DNA of 64,000 bases from Candidatus Falkowbacteria bacterium RIFOXYC2_FULL_36_12 (GTDB lineage: Bacteria; Patescibacteriota; Patescibacteriia; UBA11705): positions 129,148 to 193,147 of the forward strand of contig MFGJ01000008.1 in NCBI GenBank assembly GCA_001778235.1, written 5' to 3'. The notes beneath the pieces were generated by a model. The model ran no database searches and was not told the origin of the DNA. It saw nothing but the letters and a program-made list of their open reading frames with translations. Below, in pieces: positions 40,645 through 50,012 of the stretch (position 1 is the first letter of the stretch; each line of letters opens with the position of its first letter). The position numbers and the translations under genes are program-made.

Positions 40645-41232
40645 ATGGACTACCCGATCACGCTTGATGATATCAATTGGGATATAGATTTCCGAGTATG
40701 CGTCCCGATGTTAGAAATACGAACAGCTCATCTTTTCAACAAACTACTAGCATTTGCCAAATCACGATATTCATTTGACAGCTTCCAAATCAAAGAATTC
40801 GCTGATTTTATCCGTGGATACCCCTTTATTCTAAGAGATTTCATAGAAGCTTCCCTTGTTGAACAAAATGAAGACGAAAGCTATTCATTCACCCACTGTT
40901 TTGTCGCGACCTGTTTCCTCGTGGCACCTGCTTGCAACCAAACCAATCACCAACCACATAGAAAAACAAACTTGCCAGACTCACTTGAACAAACCTTTGA
41001 TCTATGTCATCAACTGTTGACAGATCTTCCAGCAAATTCAGACACCAGATTAGTCCAAAGACATCTTCGCTCAATTCGAGCAATCATCCAAGATATTACC
41101 CATTGGTACTCGCAAGGAAAAGAACAACACCTGCGTGATCTCAATGCTTGGGACAGATTTATTTGTCTTGAGACAATTATCGGACAACTCGGCTCATTTT
41201 GCTCGACTCACCTTCGTAATCCAAAACAATAA
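40645..41232 (+). CDS. hypothetical protein, paralogue B (MDYPI...YSFTHCFVATCF) with a C-terminal extension
   Basis: ATG at 40645 with AGGAG 8 nt upstream. Paralogous to 40265..40642. Confidence 0.5.
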   Translation: MDYPITLDDINWDIDFRVCVPMLEIRTAHLFNKLLAFAKSRYSFDSFQIKEFADFIRGYPFILRDFIEASLVEQNEDESYSFTHCFVATCFLVAPACNQTNHQPHRKTNLPDSLEQTFDLCHQLLTDLPANSDTRLVQRHLRSIRAIIQDITHWYSQGKEQHLRDLNAWDRFICLETIIGQLGSFCSTHLRNPKQ

Positions 41233-41403
41233 TCAAAACGACTTCTAATCAAGCCGTTTATTTATTTGCAAAATATTTATTTCATGATAAATTATCCATT
41301 CATGATACAATATAATTAACATCAATAGACTCTTAGGAGCGTAGCGCTGTGAGAATCTACATTTCCCCCTATACTCTCATCTAATCCCTCTTACACTTCT
41401 ATT

Positions 41404-43440
41404 ATGAACTTCAAATTACACTCAAACTACAAACCAGCCGGAGACCAACCTCAAGCCATTGATGGTCTTGTTTCAGGTATTGAAAAAAACTTTAGCAAGC
41501 AAACCCTACTTGGAGTTACTGGCTCTGGTAAAACCTTTACCATTGCTAATGTTATTGAAAAAATCCAACTTCCAACTCTTGTGATTGCTCACAACAAAAC
41601 TCTGGCAGCCCAACTGTGCAATGAATTTCGTGAATTTTTCCCAGACAATGCAGTTGAATATTTTGTCAGCTACTATGATTATTACCAACCTGAAGCCTAT
41701 CTCCCCAATTCAGATACCTACATTGAAAAAGAAGCTCAAATCAACCAAGAAATTGATCGACTTCGTCATGCCTGCACCCAAGCATTAATTACCCGCAAAG
41801 ATGTAATCATTGTTGCCTCTGTTTCAGCTATTTATGGTCTTGGTTCACCTGATGAATATGAAAAAGTTGTTATTGAATTCAAACAAGGTCAAAAATTAAA
41901 TCGCCGACAGCTGATGGAACAACTGGTAAACATGCAATACACCCGAACTGGGGTTGAACTCCGTCGCGGTTTATTTCGCATGACCGGTCAAGTATTTGAA
42001 GTCATGCCAATCAATGAAGAAACTATTTATCGTTTTGAAATATCTGACAAAATTGACAAAATCGAAAAAATTGAACCCATCACCAGAAAATTTATTGAAG
42101 AAATAAAAAATGCTTGGCTTTTTCCAGCTAAACATTATGTTTTGAATGAAGACCTCAAACAAGACGGGATTACAAAAATTAAAACCGAACTTAAACAACA
42201 ATTAGCTAAATTTAAAAAACAAGACAAACTTCTTGAACACGAAAGATTAAAACAAAAAACTCGCTATGATATTGAAATGATTGAAAATATTGGTTACTGC
42301 AATGGTATAGAAAATTATTCCCGACATTTTGATGGCCGATCTGCTGGGCAACCACCATATACGCTTCTTGATTATTTTAAATATGGAACAAGAAAATTTC
42401 TGACCGTAATCGACGAATCTCATGTTACAATCCCGCAAATTCGCGCTATGTATAATGGAGATAAAGCCAGAAAAGACTCCTTAATAAATTTTGGGTTTAG
42501 AATGCCTAGCGCTCGGGACAATCGACCACTAACCTATGATGAATTTAATGCTAAAACCGATTTTACAATTTATACTACAGCTACTCCAAATGATTATGAA
42601 TTAAATAATTCAAAACAAATTGTTGAACAAATAGTTCGACCGACCGGACTTGTTGATCCTGCAGTCATTATTCGTCCAATCACTGAATCAAAAAATCACC
42701 CCTCACAAATTCAGGATTTAATTTCAGAAATTGACAAACAAATTAAGAAAAAAGAACGAACATTAGTTACCACCTTAACCAAGAAAATGGCCGAGGATCT
42801 TTCCGACTATCTAAAAGCCAAAAATATCAAAGTCTCTTATCTTCATAGTGACATTGATACCTTGGAAAGAATTGAAATTTTAACTGAACTGCGTAAAGGT
42901 AGCATTGATGTTCTAATTGGTGTAAATCTTCTCCGTGAAGGACTAGATATCCCTGAAGTTTCCCTGGTCGCCATTCTGGATGCTGACAAAGAAGGTTTTC
43001 TCCGAAGTGAAACCAGCTTGATACAAACAATTGGACGAGCAGCCCGAAATGCTAATGGCCGAGTAATTCTCTATGCTGATCAAATAACTGGTTCAATCAA
43101 AAATGCTCTTAGTGAAACTGATCGTCGCCGAAAAAAACAACTAGCCTACAATAAAAAAAATAACATTACTCCAAAAACCATTGAAAAAAATATTCGTAAT
43201 ATTCTTGAAGAATTTGGTTTGACCGTAAATAAAAATAAAAAAAATAAAAATGGTAAAAAACAAATTGATAAAATTCTTCAGCTTGAACTAAAAAATGATA
43301 CAAGACCGATTGAAAAAATTATTGCAGAAAAAGAAACAGCTATGCGTCAAGCAGCCAAAGATTTGGAATTTGAGTTAGCATCAATTTTACGAGATGAGAT
43401 TAAACAACTAAATAAAAAAAGATCAAAAAGAAAAAAATAA
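41404..43440 (+). CDS. uvrB: excinuclease ABC subunit B
   Basis: GVTGSGKT Walker A, DESH box, helicase motifs, C-terminal UVR domain. Confidence 0.95.
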   Translation: MNFKLHSNYKPAGDQPQAIDGLVSGIEKNFSKQTLLGVTGSGKTFTIANVIEKIQLPTLVIAHNKTLAAQLCNEFREFFPDNAVEYFVSYYDYYQPEAYLPNSDTYIEKEAQINQEIDRLRHACTQALITRKDVIIVASVSAIYGLGSPDEYEKVVIEFKQGQKLNRRQLMEQLVNMQYTRTGVELRRGLFRMTGQVFEVMPINEETIYRFEISDKIDKIEKIEPITRKFIEEIKNAWLFPAKHYVLNEDLKQDGITKIKTELKQQLAKFKKQDKLLEHERLKQKTRYDIEMIENIGYCNGIENYSRHFDGRSAGQPPYTLLDYFKYGTRKFLTVIDESHVTIPQIRAMYNGDKARKDSLINFGFRMPSARDNRPLTYDEFNAKTDFTIYTTATPNDYELNNSKQIVEQIVRPTGLVDPAVIIRPITESKNHPSQIQDLISEIDKQIKKKERTLVTTLTKKMAEDLSDYLKAKNIKVSYLHSDIDTLERIEILTELRKGSIDVLIGVNLLREGLDIPEVSLVAILDADKEGFLRSETSLIQTIGRAARNANGRVILYADQITGSIKNALSETDRRRKKQLAYNKKNNITPKTIEKNIRNILEEFGLTVNKNKKNKNGKKQIDKILQLELKNDTRPIEKIIAEKETAMRQAAKDLEFELASILRDEIKQLNKKRSKRKK

Positions 43441-43450
43441 CACAGAACAA

Positions 43451-43475
43451 AAATCGACTTACCAGTCGATTTTTA
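43451..43475 (+). terminator. Rho-independent terminator after uvrB (atcgact-tacc-agtcgat + TTTTT). A second hairpin at 43487..43502 serves the convergent minus gene.
   Basis: 7-9 bp stem followed by a T-run. Confidence 0.6.
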
Positions 43476-43530
43476 AATAAAAAAATGACACTTTTATGTC
43501 AAATTTTGAATAATATTTCTTTATTATCTA

Positions 43531-44049
43531 TCAGTTTTCTTCAATCTGTCTCAAAGATTCTCGACGATCTTCTTCAAACTGTTTTAGTGAAAATTCACTT
43601 TGCTTATACGCACCATTGAAAACCGGTCGAATTTTCAGAGTTGGCACAGACAAACACACCAGAAAATGCCAATAAAAAGTTAAAATCTTCTGCCTTAACT
43701 CACTGACACAACTGTGTTTCCAGTTATCTTCGCCAACATCATCACCAAAAACATACCAAATCAAATCCGATTCATCCAAAGAATTTTCACCAACATATTG
43801 ATCGAGCAACTGTTCACATTGAAACCTCCAACTTTCTACTCTATCAAAGAATTCATTCACCCATGTGATAAAATCAACTGAAACTAGCTTTACTCCAGAC
43901 AGAAACGGCACCTCATCTCGAATTGCCTGCAACAGAGGACCGACCTTCCAAACTCTATAAAGAATAACTTCAAATTCCAATACTACTAACTGATCTTTTG
44001 GCAATCTTTTTAAAGACTTCACACTTTGAAGTATTGTCCAGTATTGCAT
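43531..44049 (-). CDS. hypothetical protein (172 aa from the ATG at 44049)
   Basis: AAGGAGA SD 5 nt upstream of the ATG at 44049. No motif recognised. Confidence 0.45.
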   Translation of the reverse strand: MQYWTILQSVKSLKRLPKDQLVVLEFEVILYRVWKVGPLLQAIRDEVPFLSGVKLVSVDFITWVNEFFDRVESWRFQCEQLLDQYVGENSLDESDLIWYVFGDDVGEDNWKHSCVSELRQKILTFYWHFLVCLSVPTLKIRPVFNGAYKQSEFSLKQFEEDRRESLRQIEEN

Positions 44050-44213
44050 CGTTTCTCCTTTGCGGGTGCCAAAGAACAATTAGCTAAACCAATAAAAGTA
44101 TACACTATTACCAAAGATTTGTCAAGCTTAAGCTAAATATACACAATTATTGACAATTCAGACAAAAATTCATATAGTTAATATTAGACAACCCAAATAT
44201 GCTTGAATACCCT

Positions 44214-44230
44214 CTAGAAACTTTTTCTAG
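44214..44230 (+). promoter_or_regulatory. Perfect palindrome CTAGAAA-CTT-TTTCTAG, about 85 nt upstream of uvrA (candidate operator)
   Basis: 7-bp inverted repeat with a 3-nt spacer, read directly. Confidence 0.35.
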
Positions 44231-44316
44231 CGGGGATATTGTAATCTACAAACACACAAAAACTATAATCTAACAACTTACAACTAAAACCTAATTACTA
44301 TCAACTCAAACCAAAT

Positions 44317-46899
44317 ATGCAAGACAAAATAATCATCACTGGCGCCAAAGAGCACAATCTAAAAAATATAAACCTAGAAATCCCCAGAAATAAAATGATA
44401 GTTTTCACAGGTTTGTCTGGTTCTGGCAAATCCAGTCTAGCTTTTGATACTATTTTTGCCGAAGGCCAAAGACGCTATATTGAAAGTCTGTCAGCTTATG
44501 CTAGACAATTTCTTGGTGGACTGCAAAAACCCAATGTTGATGAAATTACCGGACTTTCACCCGCCATTTCCATTGACCAAAAAGCTCACAGCGCCAATCC
44601 CCGATCAACCGTTGCTACCATTACTGAAATTTATGACTATCTCCGAATTTTATTTGCCAAAATCGGTACACCCTATTGCCCAATTTGCCAAACAAAATTG
44701 GATAAAACCACTACTCAAGAAATGACCGAAACAATTTTAACGAAAATAACCAAATTTAAAAATAATCAAGACAATGAATTAAAAATTTTCGCTCCAATTG
44801 TTCGCGGACGCAAAGGAGAATATCATCAATTACTCTATGATATTTATAATTCTGGATTTCTCGAAGCCCGAATTGATAACAAAATCTACAAACTAAAAAA
44901 TCGCATTGATCTTTCCCGCTACCAAAAACACACCATTGAAATTGTTATTGATAAAGCCTGGGTTGATGAATTTTTACTTCAAGAATTCAAAAAAGGCACA
45001 GAGCAACGACTGGCTGAAGCCATAGAAAAAGCCGTTGATCTGTCCAATGGACTTTGCACTGTTATTTATCCTGATTTATCTGAAGAAACTTTTTCTACTG
45101 AATTTACTTGCCCCAAAGACGGTTATAGCTTTCCTGAAATCGAACCTCGTCTTTTTAGTTTCAACAGTCCCTATGGCTACTGTGAATTTTGCACTGGACT
45201 TGGAACTAAAGAATTGTTCAGTACTGAACCATGCCCTGTCTGTGAGGGCAAAAGATTAAACAACAATGCTCTTCATGTCAAAATTGACAATAAAAATATT
45301 TGGCAGATTACCAATCTATCAGTCAAAGATGCCAATCAATTTTTCAACCAACTAAAACAAAAACTAACCAACCAACAGAACGAAATTGCTGAATTAGTTA
45401 TCAATGAAATAAACAATCGCCTGCAATTTATGTTCGATGTTGGTCTACATTATTTAACTCTAAATAGAAAATCAGGTACTCTCTCCGGTGGCGAAGCCCA
45501 GAGAATTAGATTAGCATCACAAGTTGGACAACGATTAGTCGGAGCACTTTATGTTCTTGATGAACCAACAATTGGTCTGCATCAAAAAGACAACGAACAG
45601 CTAGTCAATACCCTGCGCAATCTTTGTGATATTGGCAATACTATTATTGTTGTTGAACATGATGAAGACACAATTCTTTCTAGTGATTGGGTGGTTGATA
45701 TTGGCCCTGGTGCTGGTAAACATGGCGGTGAAATAGTTTTTTCAGGACCTTTAGACAATTTATTGAATAGTAAAAAAATTCTTGAACAAGTATCCTTAAA
45801 CTGCCAGACTGCGGGTCAAGCAAAAAATTCTTTAACCGGTAAATATCTCCGATCTGAAGAAACCATTCCCACACCAAAACAATACCGAAAAGTCGACAAA
45901 AAAACTCCGACAATAAAAATTATCGGAGCATCACAGCACAATCTTAAAAACATTGATGTTGAAATTCCTCTACGCCGGCTTGTTTGTCTTACTGGTGTTT
46001 CTGGCTCTGGAAAATCAACACTAATGAATGATATTCTCTATCGCGCAGTTCAAAATAAATTATTTCGCACCAGAAAAAAAGTCGGCGAGCATAAATCAAT
46101 CAGCGGAACAGAAACTTTAGACAAAATAATTCGCATTGATCAAGGTCCGATTGGCCGTTCACCTCGTTCAAACCCAGCAACCTATACCTGTTCATGGACA
46201 TTTATTCGTGAATTATATTCAGCCACACCTGAAGCCAAAATCAGAGGCTACAAACCAGGTAGATTTAGTTTCAATCGTCCAGGTGGCCGTTGTGAAGCCT
46301 GTGAAGGTCGTGGTGTAAAAGAAATTGAAATGCATTTTCTACCTAGTGTAGAAGTTATTTGTGAAATTTGCCACGGCAAAAGATTTAACAAAGAAACCCT
46401 ACAAGTTCACTACAAAGGCAAGGATATTTCTGAAGTTTTAGACATGACAATTGAAGACGCTGAAATTTTTTTCCGCGATATCCCAATTATTTATTCAAAA
46501 TTAAAAATATTAAATGAAGTTGGCTTGGATTATTTAACACTTGGCCAATCAGCTAAAACTCTTTCCGGAGGAGAAGCTCAAAGAACAAAACTAAGCAAAG
46601 AACTTGCCCGAAAAAGTACAACCCAAACACTTTATCTCTTGGATGAACCAACAACTGGCCTGCATTATGCTGATGTAAAAAAACTACTTGAAGTACTTCA
46701 GAGACTGACCAGCCAAGGCAACACCGTCATGATTATCGAACACAATCTTGATGTTATTAAAAATGCTGACTGGGTAATTGATCTCGGACCAGGCGGAGGC
46801 GAAGAAGGCGGTCATCTTGTTGCCATGGGAACACCAGAAGACATCGCCAGAAAGTCAGCTAGTTTTACCGGAAAATATCTCAAACCATATCTAAAATAA
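44317..46899 (+). CDS. uvrA: excinuclease ABC subunit A (compact, 860 aa)
   Basis: Two ABC modules ([10 protein letters not shown] / [18 protein letters not shown] x2) and zinc-finger cysteines. Confidence 0.95.
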   Translation: MQDKIIITGAKEHNLKNINLEIPRNKMIVFTGLSGSGKSSLAFDTIFAEGQRRYIESLSAYARQFLGGLQKPNVDEITGLSPAISIDQKAHSANPRSTVATITEIYDYLRILFAKIGTPYCPICQTKLDKTTTQEMTETILTKITKFKNNQDNELKIFAPIVRGRKGEYHQLLYDIYNSGFLEARIDNKIYKLKNRIDLSRYQKHTIEIVIDKAWVDEFLLQEFKKGTEQRLAEAIEKAVDLSNGLCTVIYPDLSEETFSTEFTCPKDGYSFPEIEPRLFSFNSPYGYCEFCTGLGTKELFSTEPCPVCEGKRLNNNALHVKIDNKNIWQITNLSVKDANQFFNQLKQKLTNQQNEIAELVINEINNRLQFMFDVGLHYLTLNRKSGTLSGGEAQRIRLASQVGQRLVGALYVLDEPTIGLHQKDNEQLVNTLRNLCDIGNTIIVVEHDEDTILSSDWVVDIGPGAGKHGGEIVFSGPLDNLLNSKKILEQVSLNCQTAGQAKNSLTGKYLRSEETIPTPKQYRKVDKKTPTIKIIGASQHNLKNIDVEIPLRRLVCLTGVSGSGKSTLMNDILYRAVQNKLFRTRKKVGEHKSISGTETLDKIIRIDQGPIGRSPRSNPATYTCSWTFIRELYSATPEAKIRGYKPGRFSFNRPGGRCEACEGRGVKEIEMHFLPSVEVICEICHGKRFNKETLQVHYKGKDISEVLDMTIEDAEIFFRDIPIIYSKLKILNEVGLDYLTLGQSAKTLSGGEAQRTKLSKELARKSTTQTLYLLDEPTTGLHYADVKKLLEVLQRLTSQGNTVMIIEHNLDVIKNADWVIDLGPGGGEEGGHLVAMGTPEDIARKSASFTGKYLKPYLK

Positions 46900-46905
46900 T
46901 CTTCC

Positions 46906-46955
46906 AAGCAGGTGGTATTTGAGAATATCACCTGCTTTAATTATACTTTTTTAAT
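46906..46955 (+). terminator. Terminator-like hairpin after uvrA (aagcaggtg...cacctgctt, 9 bp) followed by a T-rich tract
   Basis: The stem is perfect, the loop 14 nt, and the T-run is displaced by 9 nt. Confidence 0.4.
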
Positions 46956-46995
46956 GTAATTTTTCATCTTATTTCACCTAATTTTAGCCCAATCA

Positions 46996-47024
46996 TTGAC
47001 ATTTTTATCAAAATATGCTATAAT
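46996..47024 (+). promoter_or_regulatory. Consensus sigma70 promoter TTGACA-17-TATAAT driving the GC-rich ORF
   Basis: Exact hexamers at 46996..47001 and 47019..47024. GAGGAG SD 6 nt before the ATG at 47085. Confidence 0.55.
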
Positions 47025-47084
47025 TCATTGTTAGGCCTGTACCTTCAATGGTCCAATCTGGACCCGAAACGAGAGGAGACTCCC

Positions 47085-47780
47085 ATGGGAATCACCCTGC
47101 TCCAGCGCATCATCAACCCCAGAGCCAAGGGGACAGTGGATGATCCGGAAGAAATTTGGCCAGAGAAGTTCAACAACAACCCCAGAGCACTGATCGCCAT
47201 CTGGAACTTCATTCCGAAAGTCAACCATGACTGCCCGCTGTGGCAGGCGGTCATCGCCATCTTCAAGGAACTCGAAAAGTTCGACATTGAAGACAACTAC
47301 TGCCCCACCATCGAGGTCTACAACGGTCAGGACCAGAAACCCCAAGTCCTGATCATGGTGGACCGCCCTATCACCACCGGCTACATCGCCAAAACCCAGG
47401 TCTACGGTCCGGCGGATGAACTGATCGCGATCTACAACTCTCTCATCATCTTCACCATCGACATACACAGGAGTCGCTGCTGGCGTAGCCGGTCATGGAT
47501 CACTGCCTGGCTCTGCGCCCTCGGCTTCACAGAGGACGAGGCACACATGCTGGCTTCGGACAGAGATTTCCACCTGAACACCACCGCCTGCTACTTCCTC
47601 ACCCGCCTCGGCCTCCAACTCGGCCACGATGTCGAGGAATGCCTCGAACTTGCGAAGCAAATCAAACGCGAAGCCGATGTGGACGCGATCATCGAACTAC
47701 TGCTCGAAGACCGCTCACTCGGCCTCGACGACGCCGTCGCCCTGGCCTGTCCGATCCCCCGCCCGATCACCCACACCTGA
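47085..47780 (+). CDS. GC-rich hypothetical protein of evident foreign origin (231 aa)
   Basis: Strong G/C third-position bias in this frame only (atc acc ctg ctc cag cgc ...). The flanking DNA is AT-rich. No recognisable motif. Confidence 0.6.
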   Translation: MGITLLQRIINPRAKGTVDDPEEIWPEKFNNNPRALIAIWNFIPKVNHDCPLWQAVIAIFKELEKFDIEDNYCPTIEVYNGQDQKPQVLIMVDRPITTGYIAKTQVYGPADELIAIYNSLIIFTIDIHRSRCWRSRSWITAWLCALGFTEDEAHMLASDRDFHLNTTACYFLTRLGLQLGHDVEECLELAKQIKREADVDAIIELLLEDRSLGLDDAVALACPIPRPITHT

Positions 47781-47931
47781 AATCCACCAACAACAAGTAA
47801 ACAACAACAACAAACCGACTCATAAAAGTGAGCGGTTTTCAGTTTAAATTTTATTCAGTTATAATATAATTATCAATTAAATTTTATCCTTATGCTAAAA
47901 ATTGACTGGACAAATAAAAATTTATTCAACA

Positions 47932-48330
47932 CCACAAACACGATAAGCCTCGGGGCTTGTCTGCCGTAATCTTGATGAAGGCAGGTCTGGGGGGATTCTT
48001 AACATCAAAAAGCACGCCATAGACTTGATCAAGGGTACCACGCAGAGCGTAATCAATCACTTAATCTCAAAAAAACTTGCTTTAACAAAACTTATCACCT
48101 ACTTTATATATTAAATTCCACAAACACGGCAAGCATCGGGTCTTGCCTGCCGTAATCTTGATGAAGGCAGGTCTGGGTGAACAAGCGCGTCATCAAAACC
48201 ACGAACTTGATCAAAACAATTCGCATTTGTTCACCCAGTGGTTTTTGCATACTTTTTGCCATCAAAAAGTATGACGCGAAGCGTAATCAATCACTTATTC
48301 TCAAAATAACTTACTTTAGCAAAACAACAA
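47932..48330 (+). repeat. Two tandem copies (about 186-nt period) of a structured element with conserved 5' and 3' modules and a variable middle
   Basis: Copies start at 47932 and 48118 (ccacaaacacg...). Both carry ctgccgtaatcttgatgaaggcaggtctggg and gcgtaatcaatcactta-tctcaaaa-aactt-cttta-caaaac. Confidence 0.6.
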
Positions 48331-48465
48331 CTTACATTTAGATTACACTAGTGATCACTACATTCATTTGTTTCGCCTTTAAACCTATATATCAGCTGTC
48401 GCTGTTGGTTTATGTTTAAAACAAAAAAATCTTCACTTAGTTTAGCAAAGATAAATTAGTTTTGA

Positions 48466-48672
48466 TTATTCACCATTCTGCTTCGGAGCACGCCGATTGC
48501 AGGGCATCAGACGACGAGTCAAATTACTCGGCCTCTCACACTGATTTCTGAATGTCAAATCAGGGTTAAAATTTCTTGGTGTTCCATCATTCTGATCCAA
48601 AATCCTCTTATGTTCCTGAAAAACTTCATCCGAATTGAAGGTCGTAGGAAAAGGATTGAACAAGTTCGGCAT
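48466..48672 (-). CDS. possible small protein (68 aa)
   Basis: ATG at 48672 preceded by GGAGGG at 5 nt. Intermediate GC. No homology recognised. Confidence 0.25.
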   Translation of the reverse strand: MPNLFNPFPTTFNSDEVFQEHKRILDQNDGTPRNFNPDLTFRNQCERPSNLTRRLMPCNRRAPKQNGE

Positions 48673-48705
48673 GATTTCCCTCCGTCTGGGTTGGTCTCGA
48701 ACAAC

Positions 48706-48734
48706 TTGACAATAACAAGATTATATCATATTAA
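48706..48734 (+). promoter_or_regulatory. Promoter TTGACA-17-TATTAA placed 7 nt before the uvrC ATG (leaderless-type arrangement)
   Basis: -35 at 48706..48711, -10 at 48729..48734, ATG at 48742. Confidence 0.4.
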
Positions 48735-48741
48735 TCATACT

Positions 48742-49998
48742 ATGTCAACAGTAAACTCAAAAATAAAACAATTACTGAAAAAACTCCCTTCTACACCCGG
48801 AATATACTTTTTTTATAATAGCCAAAAACAAATAATCTATATTGGCAAAGCCACCAACCTTCATACTCGAGTAAAAAGCTATTTTCAAGCTAAAAAAACT
48901 GATCGTCCAATTGAAACCATGATTTCTAAAATTAATAATATAAAATTCCTCCAAACCGACTCTGTGCTTGAAGCAATTATATTAGAAGCCCAACAGATAA
49001 AAAAACTGCAACCGATTTATAATGTCTTAGGCAAAGACAATAAAAGCTGGATCTATATTGTAATCACCAATCACCAATATCCACGAGTTGAAACAATCAG
49101 AGAACATGAGCTAAATCAATTATCTGAAATAACCAAGAAAAAAGTCTACAACAAAATCTTTGGTCCATTTCCAAATTTACGAACAAAAGACACCATAAGA
49201 ATTCTGCAAAAACTTTTCTCTATTTCCTTTTGTCATCCTGATCAGAAAAAAGCCTGTTTTTATCGTCAACTAAATCAATGCTTGGGAGTTTGCACCAATG
49301 AAATTTCCGACAAGGACTATAAAAGTAAAGTTATTAATCCTTTAATTCAATTTTTATCTGGAAAAAAATCTTCAGTCATTCAAAAATTGAAAAAACAAAT
49401 GTTTCAAACTTCAAAAGCTGAAAATTTCGAAGAAGCTGGTCGAATACGCAACCAAATCAATAACTTAAAACATATCCAGGATGTGACGCTAATAGATGAA
49501 AAATTTTTCCAATCATATCGTGCAGACTCCAATCAACATTTATTTAAAATTGAAGGTTATGATATTTCCAATCTAGGATCAACTGGAAAAGTTGGCAGTC
49601 TTGTTGTCTTCGATCAATCAGGTCCGATCAAATCTGAATATAAAAAATTCAAAATCAAAACTGTCAGCGGTCAAAGCGATGTTGATTGTCTAGCTGAAAT
49701 ATTTGAACGCCGATTAAAACATCAAAATTGGACTTTGCCAGATTATTTTTTGGTTGATGGTGGCAAACCACAATTAAACAAAATTAAAAAAATCCTTATT
49801 TCTAAGAACATTGATATTCCTATTATTGGAATTGCCAAGGGTCAAGAACGAAAAAAAAATGAATTCCATCTCACCACTAGAAATCAATCCATTCTCGATT
49901 TCATAAAGCAAAACAGCAAACTTTTGATCCAAGTCAGAGATGAAGCCCACAGATTTGCTATCAGCTACCAACGCAAATTAAGAAAAATAAAGAAATAA
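48742..49998 (+). CDS. uvrC: excinuclease ABC subunit C (short form; GIY-YIG and RNaseH-like endonuclease domains)
   Basis: GIYFFYNSQKQIIYIGKATNLHTRVKSYF GIY-YIG motif. The ATG at 48742 is preferred over the upstream track start. Confidence 0.8.
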   Translation: MSTVNSKIKQLLKKLPSTPGIYFFYNSQKQIIYIGKATNLHTRVKSYFQAKKTDRPIETMISKINNIKFLQTDSVLEAIILEAQQIKKLQPIYNVLGKDNKSWIYIVITNHQYPRVETIREHELNQLSEITKKKVYNKIFGPFPNLRTKDTIRILQKLFSISFCHPDQKKACFYRQLNQCLGVCTNEISDKDYKSKVINPLIQFLSGKKSSVIQKLKKQMFQTSKAENFEEAGRIRNQINNLKHIQDVTLIDEKFFQSYRADSNQHLFKIEGYDISNLGSTGKVGSLVVFDQSGPIKSEYKKFKIKTVSGQSDVDCLAEIFERRLKHQNWTLPDYFLVDGGKPQLNKIKKILISKNIDIPIIGIAKGQERKKNEFHLTTRNQSILDFIKQNSKLLIQVRDEAHRFAISYQRKLRKIKK

Positions 49999-50012
49999 CC
50001 ACATATGGTTAT
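49995..50012. terminator. Bidirectional hairpin (ataacca-cata-tggttat) between convergent uvrC and the transposase gene
   Basis: 7-bp stem overlapping both stop codons, followed by ttcttttg. Confidence 0.4.

Noticed and set aside
47031-47847. Multiple alternative ORFs on both strands in the GC-rich segment (47031..47468 -, 47045..47296 -, 47495..47800 +, 47629..47847 +)
   Set aside because: GC-rich DNA is depleted in stop codons in all frames. Only the 47085..47780 plus frame shows consistent G/C third-position bias and a promoter/SD, so the others are treated as spurious.
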